A stretch of DNA of 64,000 bases from Klebsormidium nitens (lineage: Eukaryota; Plantae; Klebsormidiophyceae): contig DF236991.1 of NCBI GenBank assembly GCA_000708835.1, positions 124,001 through 188,000 of the forward strand, in the 5' to 3' direction. Numbering within the stretch: the stretch's first letter is position 1; every line of letters begins with the position of its first letter. This document shows, one piece after another, positions 12,586 through 25,092 of this stretch. A model generated the notes under the pieces. It was not told the DNA's origin, searched no databases, and was given only the letters and a program-made list of their open reading frames with translations. A program made the translations under genes and the position numbers.

Positions 12586-15500
12586 GCCAGAATCAACTTA
12601 ACCTTCTTGACAGCTTGAGTACATTCGAATTGGTACATTCGGCGGTCGTATAGAAGTGCAGCACATGCCCGATATACTACTCCTACATTTGAGTGCTGCT
12701 TCCTAGATTCAATAGAGACGAAGCTTCGGTATCTCTTTGATATTGCACACTGACAAAGATGACATTGGGTGTGGTACCAAGAACCTCTCCTGAACACCGA
12801 GGCTAAATTTCAAAGTTTCAGAATCCTCGTTCGATACGCAGAACACAGTCAGCAAAGTCATTCCTCCGTTTGCTGGCAAGGATGACAGCGCGGTCTGGGA
12901 GGGAAAATGGCCCATGCACGCGATGGTTTGCTGGTCTGAAGTCACAAACTGCTCAAATACCTCTTCAAAGCCCCACCTTCAAGTTGTGGGCTGATATATG
13001 CTTCGAAAGAACTCTCTGTCTGAGTACCGCGGCAATTTAAGTTTAATTAGGGGTTCGAGCTTTGGAACAGATTTGCCCCAAAGTGGGTGTTTTTCCGCGG
13101 CGAACTGAAACCCGCGCGCTTGTGGCTCACATACGCGTTTGGAACCCACTTGTCGGAAAATGCTGTCAATTTTGAAGTGCGCGCAGTAACATATCCCTTG
13201 CGAGAACTTAAAGCATTGCGGCTTGCGCTGTGCGACGAAACTGTGCTCGGCGCGACACGCGCACAGACCCGTCGCTTGCCGGTGCGGCCGCATTTGCAAT
13301 ACTTGCGATTCGACTCGCCCGTTCGTGTCTTCTTTCAAGTATGCCAGAGTAGCCTGGCCCAGCAATTCACCGGAAGAAGCGGTCTACTCTAGCTCTGTCT
13401 GCCTTCTTATCGTCGTTGCCTCATCATTCTTCGGACCACTGTCTGTTTTCTTTCTCTGTTTGTGCACATATTCCGGAGCCCTCCAAACATTCTAGCGTTT
13501 AACGGCAGTGATCAATACCGCCAACGAATGACTCCTAAGGTGTCATGACGATGACGTGGTCCAAGGTTCTGAAGCCAGACAGCGCAGCCTCTGGGGCTAC
13601 ACGGAAGGACGAGCGACCTGTCCTAAGAACGTGTGAGTAGTATTCGTCTGTTGGGCAATTCTTTCCCACCGTTTACGTCGGCGCTGGCAGTGATCGAGGA
13701 CCCTGCCGGAGGCGTTCCTTGCCTCAGAAGCACTTGACTGAAGGTTTTCGGAGCCTTGCCACTTTTTGCACAGTCTGGTACCAAGATTAGTAAGATCTTA
13801 CCTGCCCAGCTTTTCGTTTGTTAGCTTCCTTTGAACAACCTGTATCATTAAGCGATGGCCGACCTTGCAGCGCACTGTCGCTTGGCCTATCTCAAGCGCC
13901 CCTCCCTCGTAGTTGCCTGGCCGTGATTAAGTAGAGGCTGGGCAAATGTCCCAAGGAACCGTCCTTCTCATAGGCTGATGCCAAGTTAACCCCGGCTTAA
14001 CTTCGTATCCTACCGGCTGTGCCCTGGCATGATTCAGGTGCCAGGACTTCTTTTGGTCATGCATTGTGGTACTGCCCTTCCACGTCCGCCGGATTGACGT
14101 CCCTTCGTGGAAGTGTCACTCGTTGCGGCCTCGTGCTTCTTTGTTCCAAGCGAAGCGGCCAAATTAATCAACCTCCTCCTCAGCCAACCCAATTCGATCC
14201 AATCCGCATAACGGGAGCCGCAGGCTGGTGCTGCCGCCTAGCTCACCTATCCCTTCTGATGGCAAGGACGAACAACACTTTTCTGGGAAGGACTTTCGCA
14301 ACACCGGTGGACCCCTTGACGGTCTGAAGCCACACTTGACTTGCCAAACACAGAGTTCCTATCTCGGGTGATGTCATCTCGTTCGGATGTACATTTTTGT
14401 TTATCGTAGCAGCTGACCGTTACTAATTTCATTCGGGCTGTGCTTTGTATACGCCTTTCATCGCAAGTGTACTGCTGGCCAAGATCCATATCCTGGGCTT
14501 GTGCGCATAGACTGTGCTAGCCCTTTTCTGCTTAGAGATGCCAACAGTGCTTCGACGCCTGAAACATATAATAAGGTTGGTTTGTTGGCTCCCCCATACT
14601 TATATTCCCATATAGGATACCTGCTGGGCCGGAACCTTGGCGCGAGTATACGATTCCGCGCGAATCAAATCCGCTTTGGTACTCTGATTTATTTGGCATC
14701 GGCCGGTTGCCTGAGCTGTCATCTCGCATTTAAAGTACAAAAGTTGGAGACGGCAATGGAGTGCAGAACCGGAGGGCTCCTCTTGATCATAACTGCTTAC
14801 GTTTGCATCCGGTTCCCTGCTTCACATCATCTTTCGATACTAACGGATGCGACTAGTCAGGGACGTTCGGCAACTGCCCGGCGATGATTGTGCATATGCA
14901 CTTAGGACTAAATTTTGCTTGAAGTCACAAAGGCTGCAGTGGTGTGCTGAAGCCAGGATTGCTTTGATTGAGGAAGAGCTAGATCGACGAGTGAGTACTC
15001 TACGTCTTGGCCTGTCCGACGCTTCTTTGTCAATATACTGAAATTCTGCTTGGATTTCACCAGCGTTATGAAGTGCATGGGCCTAGGCTCTTCGCGGTCA
15101 ATGTTTTCCAGTGTTGCCAACGAGACGTCCTTTGGGTTCGCAAAGGAGATGCTCTTCCTCCTCTTTTTTGTTTACTGAGGAGTTTCTGTCATCTTGTACG
15201 TCGGCGCTGCCCATGTCGCGTCCATCCGTAAAGAGAGTTGATTCGTGTGTTTACTTCAAAGACTCATGAAAACTGCAGGTTGTCTGGATACACCTCCTTC
15301 ACTTCTGTCTTGCACTGCTCTTTATTTTGAATGTACCTCTTTCCTGGCGCTCTTATTTGTACTCCGTAATATAGGGGGCGATGATCTGCGGGTTGGGGAG
15401 CAGTCCCAACCTTCATTCTGTCCAACTTGGTATGAAGCCTTTTAGCATTTGGACATCTTATCCGGCTTGATCGCGCCGTTTAGCCACCCCTGCTTTGCAA

Positions 15501-18500
15501 CTTAATCGGCTCATTTTGCTCGTACGTGGACTTCTTTGAGGCTGCCGGTCGCGGTTTTCTCACGTGCACCGGACTGCCCACTGTTTTGGACAGCCAGGAG
15601 CAGACTCATTCTGGGCATGACTTGCACAGACTTCTGACTGTACCGTGCAGCGCGCTTGCATGGTCAGCTCAGGGTGACAAGGACGACTGGTTTCTGCCCC
15701 TTCACTCAGCGGTCATTTTGCCGGTTCTGATGTCGCCATCCCGCAACGATCGATGTAAGGCCGAAGTTGATCCGTGGACTGAGCATTGGCTGCTCCAAAG
15801 TACGAAAAAGGGTGACAAAGATGACTTCGCCTTTTCCCAACTACCGATATGCCGCTGTTTCTGACGTCGCCAGCGGCCCGAAACTGTAGAACGCAGACCG
15901 AAGTGAGCTGTTTGATTGCACTACGTATCAACCTTCAATTTGAGCACTTTATGTTCTAGCTTCTGCACGGGTCCCATGCTGTACTTCGCTGGCTGTGATC
16001 CAAAAATATTTGGGCGGTGGAATCCCAGATCTCTAGTTTCGCTCTGATGCCAACCCTGGCTAAGTTCGTTGCTCCTTCTCATGCCATTCTTTGATTCTGC
16101 ATCCGCACGCATTCTCCGCTCCCAAGACGTTACTCGCTTGTGTTCTGCTTCGTCCGCGACGTATTTGAGTACGACAAATACAGCACTTGTCGAACGGTCG
16201 ATAATATAATACCAAGCGTCGTCGGCATGACCCGCTGCGAGTAGCTACCGCTTTGCTGCTTGCCGAGCTTTCAAATCATCCTTTTTGGGATTGCCTCCTG
16301 CAAACATTCTGGTAGGTACAGATCGTCGTGCGTCTTGCTGGTTGGGACAAATGTATGGAGGCTGAGGACTTTACGATCCTCTGTCACCTCCTTAGAAAGA
16401 TCCGTTGGTACACCCTGAAAGATGAAGCAGCTTGGAGCTACGGATAAGCCCAGTTATTTATTTTTGTGGCAAGGACGTACGCCAGTCCGGAAGGTCCTTC
16501 AACCAGGACACCGTGCATTATCACGTTGCTTGATCTGGAGCCGCACTTTCTTGGGCAGTGAATCTAAGCCCGCTAGCCGATCGAAACAATACACTGTGTG
16601 GCGGATTGCAATGTGATTAAACGTTGCAGTTTTCTATCGTTTTTGTCTTGTTCTTTGACGGATGTTTGGGCTTCGCAGAGTGCGTAGCACGTACCGGCCG
16701 AGATCGGAAACGTACTTGGGCCTGCGGCTCATTGGTGTAGCTAGACGTCCTGGTGGTGACGCCTTCAGTGCTGCGCGCACGAGTTGCTTAAAAACGTCTA
16801 TTGCGACAACTTCGACACGCGATACCTCTGGTTCTGAATCGCAATCTGTTGGGCCGTAATCATCTGACTTTGGCGCGCATCAAAGCATTTCGCACGCTGG
16901 CCGTGAAACAAAGTTTGGGCGAAAGTCCCAGAACTTCTGCATGCGTTCCTGATGCCACCTGTGTTTCCGTACCGCCTCGCTTCAACATCCAAGCTTTGCT
17001 TAAGTTTGAGTCCCACCCGGCGCCAGCCGATCCTAAGTTCCATCCCCGTGCTGGCTTTGAATGTACTTCTAATCCGTCTCTTACTAATCCTCTGCACATT
17101 CGGGTGGAAGCTCGTCCCTTTCCAAGCCGTCAAAAGAAGCCATACCCGAGCGCATCGACAAAGATTGTGCGCCCTTGGGCTATATTTGCAATTTGGTTGG
17201 ATCATCGATCGGGGCCACGAACTTGCGTTTTATGCATCGGATCTGTTGTAGCTGAGACTTTTGAGATTCCTCATTGATGATCTCAAGGATGAATGCGGGA
17301 GCTTTCACCAGAATCTCTTTATGCTTCTTAAGTTCAATCTGTGATGTAAAAGCCGACATTCAGACTCCACACAACTGGACTTGTCTGAGAGAAGATCTGC
17401 GTCCGACTTATCATTACGCGCCCCACCGTGACTTCACTCTCTGCTGGCCGTGATTGGGAGTTTATCTGGGCGAAAGTCCCATTGTGCTCAGTTCTGCCAT
17501 GATGCCAATGTTTTGGTTCCTCGTCTTGCCAGTTCTTAACTTCTAACCCGACCGCTGTGTTTGCTCCGAGTGTCTCGGTGCCCTGCGTTCAATCAGCCGC
17601 TTTGCAGTCCTCCTTTCCAGCTGTCTAATAGGACGGACGTCCTCTGGCTCAATCAAAGCCGTAAAACCAAACTGTTTCAGGACTCGTCTTGATCGTCCTG
17701 GTTGCTCGGTTTTCCCCAGACGAACTTGTCCTTTAATTGGCGTCCCACTCCAAGACTGTCTTTGTTTTTGGTTACCTTTTTCATGGACCTTTGTTGACGT
17801 CGGGTATACGAAGGTCATGAACGTGATGGCCCCCGCGAAACGCTCGGCTGATCGAGGCAAAGGGCAGAGCGGAGGCCGCAAAACTGCGAGGCGCTGCCGC
17901 GGTCCAGAGGTTCTACTCGTTCATCTCATGGCAAGGACGTAAGAGCATTCTGGGAAGAACAATGTCCCACAAAAGCACTCGACTGACGTTTTGAAGCCAC
18001 AATTGCTTCGGAAAACTCTAAATTTGTACTCAAGTCTCCGTGCCATTATTGACTGGATCAGTTGAGAACGTTTGACTGCGGGACTTTCTATTTCTTTTCC
18101 GGCTCATTTTTGGATGCGCCGCCCTTCAAATCATGTGGGCGGTACTGGCAGAAATCCCAGACTTGCGTGCGCTTGTGGCTGGCGGATGCCTGTTCAGCCT
18201 AGCTCGTCTCAAATTAAAGGTGATGCCGTTGGTGCTTCGCGCACGAAATAAACGGTAGGTGCTAAATTCATTGTGGATCTACTTGCACCTTCTGTTTCCT
18301 AATGGATCAAGGTGTCTGCTGGTCTGGATGAGCACCATGTTAATGCAAAGGGCAGAAGCGGAGGGGGTACCTCTCGATCATGACTGCAGTTTCCGTTCAC
18401 ATCCGGTTGCCTGCATCATTTTATTCCGTGATAACGATTGAGATTTGGCGGGAATGTACGGCAACTGTCCGGTGATGATCGTGCAAAACACTTTGCATTT

Positions 18501-21500
18501 CGACTTTCGGTCGAAGTCACCAACAATGCAGTGGTGGGCTGACGCCAGCTAGGATTGCTTTGATCGAGGAAGAACGAAATCGATGAGTGACTACTCTACG
18601 TCTTGGCCTGTCCGACAATTCTTGATCGGTGTACTAAAATCTACTTGATTGGTGCTCGAGGTTCTTCACGTGGGCCTCCGAGTCCCTTCGCGGTCAGTAC
18701 TCTTCTGTGATGCCGAAGAAGCTTCCTAGAGATTGGAACCCAGAAGAAGTTTCTTCCCCTCACTTTGAATTGTCGGAAGTTCTGGCAGCGTGTGGGCGCT
18801 GCCCATGTTGCGTTCAAGCCGTTATCGTTATGTTTGACTTGGACGTTTGATGGAAAAAGCTTTGTTGAGTAATGCAGATTGCAGCTCTTTGCGAGCAGCC
18901 TGCCGCTTTGAGTTAGAGAGGGAAGCTTAGAAAGTCGAATGACCAACTTAGTCGAGTCTGCGACCCTATAGCGTCAACTTAATTGACTAACTTTGAAGGT
19001 TCCCCCTCTGTTAAAACCGGCAGGTTGCTTGAAAAGAGCCGAAATACTTTCTGAAGCTCTTGATACGCTGCTCGCTACTGAGCCGCCACGCCGTCACGCA
19101 GTGATGTTGAGAAGTGCGAGAATAAGAAGCAATGTAGACGGGGTGCTAAGGACCACTTTACAGATGCTTGAAAGAAGGCATGCAGACATTCTGTTGTCAT
19201 TCGCCTCCCTCGCTTCATTGCTTAAATCAAACCTTCCGCTACTACTAGCTTTCTCAGTTTCAGTTCCTCAACGGTCACTGTGACGCCATTCATACGAGAT
19301 TGAGCTTAATGTTGCCAGTCACACGTTCTATTGAGAAATTTAGAGTTTCGCAGCTTAACCATGACCACGGTGCCGCGCAAACAGACTCGGAGAGGCGCAG
19401 GGAATCTGGCACCCGACCGAGACTCTCGGGCAGCTCCGGGCTCTCTATAATCCAAGGAGAGAATAAGATTCAAAGACTTCGGTTCAAACAAACTTTGTGT
19501 GCGTGTGGGGACATTTGAACGAACTTGATCCGGTTGGCCGCCGGCAGCGTTGTCACGAACTTAAAAGTGGAAGAAGGATACGGGTAGTCTGAAAGAGCTA
19601 CGCATAATCAGGCCGAGTGAACTTGATCGCTTGAGTCACAGATTGCCTCTCGTTTCAGCCAACTCGGGGCGCTGCATCTCAACCAGTGTTTTTAGGTTCA
19701 GAAATTGTACTTGCGTCAATCCAATCAGTACCTAGCTAAAGTTTTTGTAGTCCCTATTCATTTGCCCGACTGAACCAAGGCGTCTGGCTGCTTGAAGGAG
19801 AACATAGCGCGAACGTCGTTTCTTCTCCTTGAACGAAGTCGAGCACGGCGCGTTGCTACTTTTCTTGATGTGCGCTAGATGATCTTGTTGGTCGGATCGC
19901 TTTCTACAACGTCCTCTGCGCGCCACCGTTGCCTGTGACGAGAAACAACCTGGCGTCATTGCCACATCAGGTCCGAGTAAGAGTGCAGACGCCGACGTCC
20001 ACTGGCATTGAAGTTGCTTTCGTAAGCACGGGTCCTCCATTGCGCTTCACTCATTTGTTTATTCCGCTCTTCATTACTATCCCTAGAACGGGTGAACCGC
20101 GTGGTGAAACGATCACTTACTACGTCCATACCATGTCAAGTAGCCAAGTATAGTTTCGTGGATATGACGTTTACCCACTGTACTGAGACTGATAACGCTC
20201 AGAGAAGGCAACGCTAGCGTCTCCACTGAGCCTGAAAGCCATGGTTCAGAATCTCTCCTGTCACTGGCAAATCTCAATGTTTTGCGCCCAATCAAGCAGT
20301 TGTGATTCTCATGGCCACTGAAATCACCGCACCTCTCATATGCACCTGTGTCGCGCAATTGCTGTTTAGCTTCAAATCGCGCGATGCACTAGCAGCGCAG
20401 CACGTGAAATCCCTTCGAACAGCCTGCGTCTCATGGTTTTATCACGACCAATTGCACTTGTGTCGGGGGTTACTGCGTCTTCCCTGTGTTTTCGGGTCGT
20501 GATTGATTGGCAGAAGTCCCAGCAGCTTTTGGGCAGCTTTCATACTCGCGACACGCACAATCGCTGATCGAGGGCCAGAGAGCGGCACCGGGAAGATTGT
20601 ACATTCCCGTCTTTCAAGTTCTTCCTGCTCGTTGTTTGAGTTCACTGTTTTCAGTTGAGTAACTGATTTGAAGTGAAATTATTTGCATGTAGTCATTGTA
20701 CGGCCGGTCCACTGGGCGACAGTATGAGAAGTGGCAATGATAAGCTTAACCGCATGATCGGGATGCTCCTCATTCCAATCAGTCCTCCGGCGTAAATCAT
20801 GAAGCCGTGCTTTTCTTCAGTTCATCAATCAGATTCGGCTCACTCGATTATCAAAGTTGGAATTTCGCTTGAACGTGTCAAAACCGGGACAGATTCTCAA
20901 AGGCTTTTGAAGCGGCGATGTGGCTTATGAAGGGCGGCGCCCACTGGCACTCGTGGCTGCATGGGCTTGTTTAATCTTGGGGTTACGTTTCGCGCGCCTT
21001 TGGTCACATTTGCTCCTAGCTCCGGCTTCGGTTTCGCCTTCGTTCTTGACTGGAGAGGTCGGAGTGCGCACGCACGTTTCCAATCTTTGAAACGTACCTT
21101 GACTTCTGAATGCTTTTCGACTGGAAAGTTAGTTCATGTGTGCAACCCTAAGAATGACAACTGGACTGATGATGTGCTTCTTACGGGTTGCCTGGCGATG
21201 ATCGTTCCTTTGGGCGGTGGCTCTAAACCAAAGCCAAGCTGGATCTTGCCCATGGATGATGTCACAACCAGACACATTGGAGGAATCAGGATCATACGTC
21301 AAGTTTCATGGCACTTTGTAATCTGCCAGTATCAATCTTCGCATATCGTTCGATCTGCATATCCCACACGCTGCATGCATGAGCTGTTCAACGGCATGCA
21401 CCAGTAGTTTCATTTCGCCCAGTGCATTCAGAAATGCATTTTCTTTCCTTCCTCAAAGGTTCGATTCGCGGTCAGTACCCGAGGAGCTCTGGCAGTGCAT

Positions 21501-21942
21501 CGTGCTCTCGTAATCGTTCTGCTAGACCGCCGCATCACCGCCCTCGCTTCCATTTCCGTAGCGGCACTTCATGCAGATCGTTCCACTTGCAGCTTCGGCG
21601 GCACTCGCGGGACTCCCTGCGCAAGGACAGGCTCATAATATTTTCCAGCCAATATCAGTCACGGGGCAGACTAGGTCGACGCCGTGACTTTCCCGTGGGT
21701 TATCTTTTCGGAATCCTCGATGCTGATTGGCTGCCGCCGGACTTAGTTCAAGTCGACTTAAGTTAGTACGTACCTATATATGCAGCGGCGTTCTTGGAAA
21801 TTATCTATCATCTGTGAGTGGCAATGACAGCAGAGAGCCAGCTCTGGGTACTTTTCTGCCCAGTAGGTTTGATCGTCGAGAAAGCAAAAAACGTAAAAAC
21901 GTAATTGCGCTTGTTTCAATCAAGTCCAAATGTACTTTTTGT

Positions 21943-23095
21943 TCAGGCTGGTTGCTTTTCCGTTTGCAACCCTTCAGGGTTGATACTGAGCCACTGGCAG
22001 CCCCTTGCATTTGGAGCCGCTGCAACGAAAGGCCGACATTGGCTGACACTGAAGGTAAAAGCTCTAACGCGCGCGCGCGGGGAGTTGGGGTGGTTATGAC
22101 GAGAAACCCAGGCACTTGTCGCCAAGCAGAGCGACAATAATGCCTCCAAGGAAGAAACCGCTGAAGCCATGTCCTCCGCCCAGAAATAGTACCCCCACGT
22201 GATCACGTACAATCGAGAAGTCATATACAGGCGCACGTGGCATAAGCTGCGGGGCTCTGTTTCGCTTAATCTTACGTTTGCTTTCTGCGACTGGCTAGGT
22301 TCTTGGATTTCCTTAAGCGGCCGCTAGAAAAGACGGAGTGCTTCTCTTCGGCGTTAGGTTCTGTAGGGGGCGAATTGAAGAGTTGCTACCAGGAGATACT
22401 TTTTGTAGAATGAGTTGAGCCGCGTTTGCTATGTGCCTGTGCATTGTGTCAGAAAAAAACTAGGGTGGTGCACTCAACTCCGAGTACAGAAATCCTGAAG
22501 GTACCATGGAGACCGCTTTTAAATTTAACGTCGAAGCGGAACTGAACACCAGAGTCATCATACTTCGTTCATCATACTTCGTCCCAGCCTGAGTTCAGTT
22601 CAGGAGGGGTGCGAGTATTCTACGGAATGATTTGAATGACTCCTTGCCCGTCGTCATGAGAGCACATTCTGAAGTGGACGGGAATGCAAACACCTTGCAA
22701 AAAAGCCAGAATACAGCGCCGAACGAGTGCCCGGTACTTGCACAGGTGCTTCCATTCAGGCAATGATGTTTTTGTCACCGACTCTGGGAGCGTGAGTCTC
22801 AGTAGTGAGGGACTGAAATATGCCTCAAGCTCTCGTCAGAGAACAAGCTGAGCCATGTTTTGAGCCGCGGTTTCCTCTGGCGGATCAGCGGCTCTCACCT
22901 TTGGACTAACGCCAAAGCAAGACAATCGCGGCCGAAGCGGGAGTGGGTGCAGAAAGAATTGCGGCAAAGGAATAAACAAATTCCCGCCGGTAAGACGAAT
23001 CGGGGTGCCCAGCTTGAAGGACGACGTCTCGGTGCTGCTGACCCATAATGATGGAAAAAGTAGTAGGTCGCGATCAGGGCCGCCGCAGCCGTCAT
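21943..23095 (-). CDS. Putative two-exon hydrophobic protein, weakly TspO/MBR-like
   Basis: Exon 1 MTAAAALIATYYFFHHYGSAAPRRRPSSWAPRFVLPAG... ends at an AG|GTGAGA donor near 22897. A phase-compatible downstream exon reads LCHVRLYMTSRLYVITWGYYFWAEDMASAVSSLEALLSLCLATSAW. Resemblance to the TspO KPSWxP and helix 3-4 pattern is by eye only. Confidence 0.3.
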
Positions 23096-25092
23096 GTTGT
23101 TCGCAAGAAGTTGCAGATGAGTGTGTCCCCCGAGTGAAGGATTTGTCCGTCTTTCTGATCCTGAAAGCTCAGCAAAGTTAAAGCCCGGAGCCTGAGCGCA
23201 CCTGGCGGGTCGCCAGTAACTTACTCTTCCCGGCGTGAAATGATCTTTACTAGGCGTGCAGTCTCGGTCGTGCCCGATTGATCCTGATTCTTACACAGTT
23301 TTGCGCGCCGGCCTCGTACTGGATGCCGTCGCTTTTCGGCCGCCTTCGTCTCGCGTTCAGGTCCGAGATCGAGTGCTATTCTGGACACGTTGCAAGGGAG
23401 TTTGACGTGTGCTATTATAAGGAAATTTTGAAACGGACTCTTTTGCTATTTGCGTACTCTATGGCCGACCATGAATGACTACTGGTCGAAGATTAAATTG
23501 GAACGGACTGCTTTTACCCTTACATACGCTGTGGCAGGCCATGAAAGACGCTGTGGGCAGTAGCTCTTTGTGCCAAGACGACCCTCTGAGTATGCCACAT
23601 CTGATATCTGCACAGAAGGGCTTCAAAATCTAAATAGCACGTCCTTCACTGGGCGGTACGAGTTTACGCGTCTTCTTGAGTTGTGGGACTGATTATTCTC
23701 CGGCATGCCCAAGAGAATCTCGCATTTTGGGCAAAATGGTTTGCATACTTGTAAGTTCCTGAGAAGCCAGGACGGGTCAAGGCAGGCCCCCCACTTCATG
23801 TTGAAGGCGCCCAATGTTCCGCTGCATGACATTTGTTTCCGCTGCAGCTTCGGCGAAGTTGGCCCGTTTCAAGTGGTCGAGGGCTTCTAATGCATTTTTA
23901 GCAGTTCATCAATCAAGGGAGCCGATGATGCAGGGGCAGACGCGAACAAGTGGCCTGATACTTATGCCTGACGAGTTTGAAGCTAGTGGCCGTGATAACT
24001 CTGAGATCTCGGTTTCATCATTCGGTCATCGGCTGTTTCTTTACTGCTGTAAAGCATTGAGCCACGTATCACGCGTAAGGACGTGAAAGCATTTCTCGTA
24101 CCACCACTGAGGTACTGAGGGCAGAAAGCAGTAATCTATTTTGCAATTTTGTAAGGCTTCCTTCCTGCTTTGAAGTCTGGTTCGTCAGCGTTACCTCTAA
24201 AAGGTAGTACGTGATCTCGCACGCGAGTCACTGGGAGCGCCTTGCGGGCAAAGAAGCCTTCTGAAAGGAAGACATCCGCACAGAAACCAAAACTTAATTT
24301 GACATCGTCAGTCTGGTAGCTATGACTAGAACCTGCTCAAACTTCGTCGCCCACCACCGTGACAAAGCGAAGTAGTTGTCGAATGCTTTCCTTTTTAGCG
24401 ATAGATTTTCTCTGCTCGTTTCGAGGGTTTGTTGCGATGGAAGCAAGATTCTATCTAATGTTAAACAAACGCACTAAACGCCTTGGTAAAGCCTGTGGGT
24501 AGCGGAAACTTGAATGCTTTAACGATGAATAGTCTGGCATGTCAGATGACTCCCGTCCGAGGCGATGAATTCACAGGGCTTTTGGGCCCAGCTTTAACCC
24601 CAAACAAAAATTGACCACTTTCGAAGCTTTCTGCGAAAAGAGCTAGACAATTTAAACTTGCGCCTCTTGTGATGGTTTCGCCTCAACGGTTTCGGTTGCG
24701 AGCGGCCTTACATCCATTCCAATCCGTGGCCAGCAGTTGTCTGGCGCAATTTGTTCTCGGCTTCGTCCACAAGTCGAGACCATACTCGGCTTCTGCGCCC
24801 CCAGCTCCGGACGTTTCTTATCAGAGCCGGATCGAATGAGCCTGAGGAAGCGTAGATGGTGGAAATGTGTCCTCTTTGCAGCTGGTAATCAAGGCGCCCT
24901 AAGGAGAGAAACGTGTTTATCTCAGTTTCCTTTTTGCATCCAAGAAGCAGCCTGTGTCAGACTGCTCCCACAGTTGATCAGCGGCTCAGGTTTTTAAGAA
25001 CCCAGGATTGCTCAGACAAAATGCCGACGGCAGAAGCGAAAATTATGAGCTGGCGGGTCTTCAAGTTAATTCCGCCGGCTGGAAGACGTAGC

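Larger units (their letters stand above)
700..22000 (+). pseudogene. Decayed tandem array (about 3.5-3.7 kb period) of LRR/F-box(RNI)-like gene copies
   Basis: A GGCAA(G/T)GA(C/T)G anchor (GKD codons) recurs at about 1148, 5725, 7229, 10813, 12873, 14260, 16466 and 17928. These form two series spaced about 3.45-3.67 kb (7229/10813/14260/17928 and 5725/-/12873/16466). An approx. 90-bp block at 14935-15020 recurs at 18528-18616. RLLLSG codons occur at about 6860 and 10330. LRR-like peptides are present (e.g. LRELKALRLALCDETVLG at about 13190). Stops and frameshifts occur throughout. The family call is by pattern only. Confidence 0.55.

Noticed and set aside
1148-17940. GKD anchors as TIR-domain starts
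   Set aside because: The flanking residues do not show the TIR FISY/F..D...L pattern in any copy I translated.
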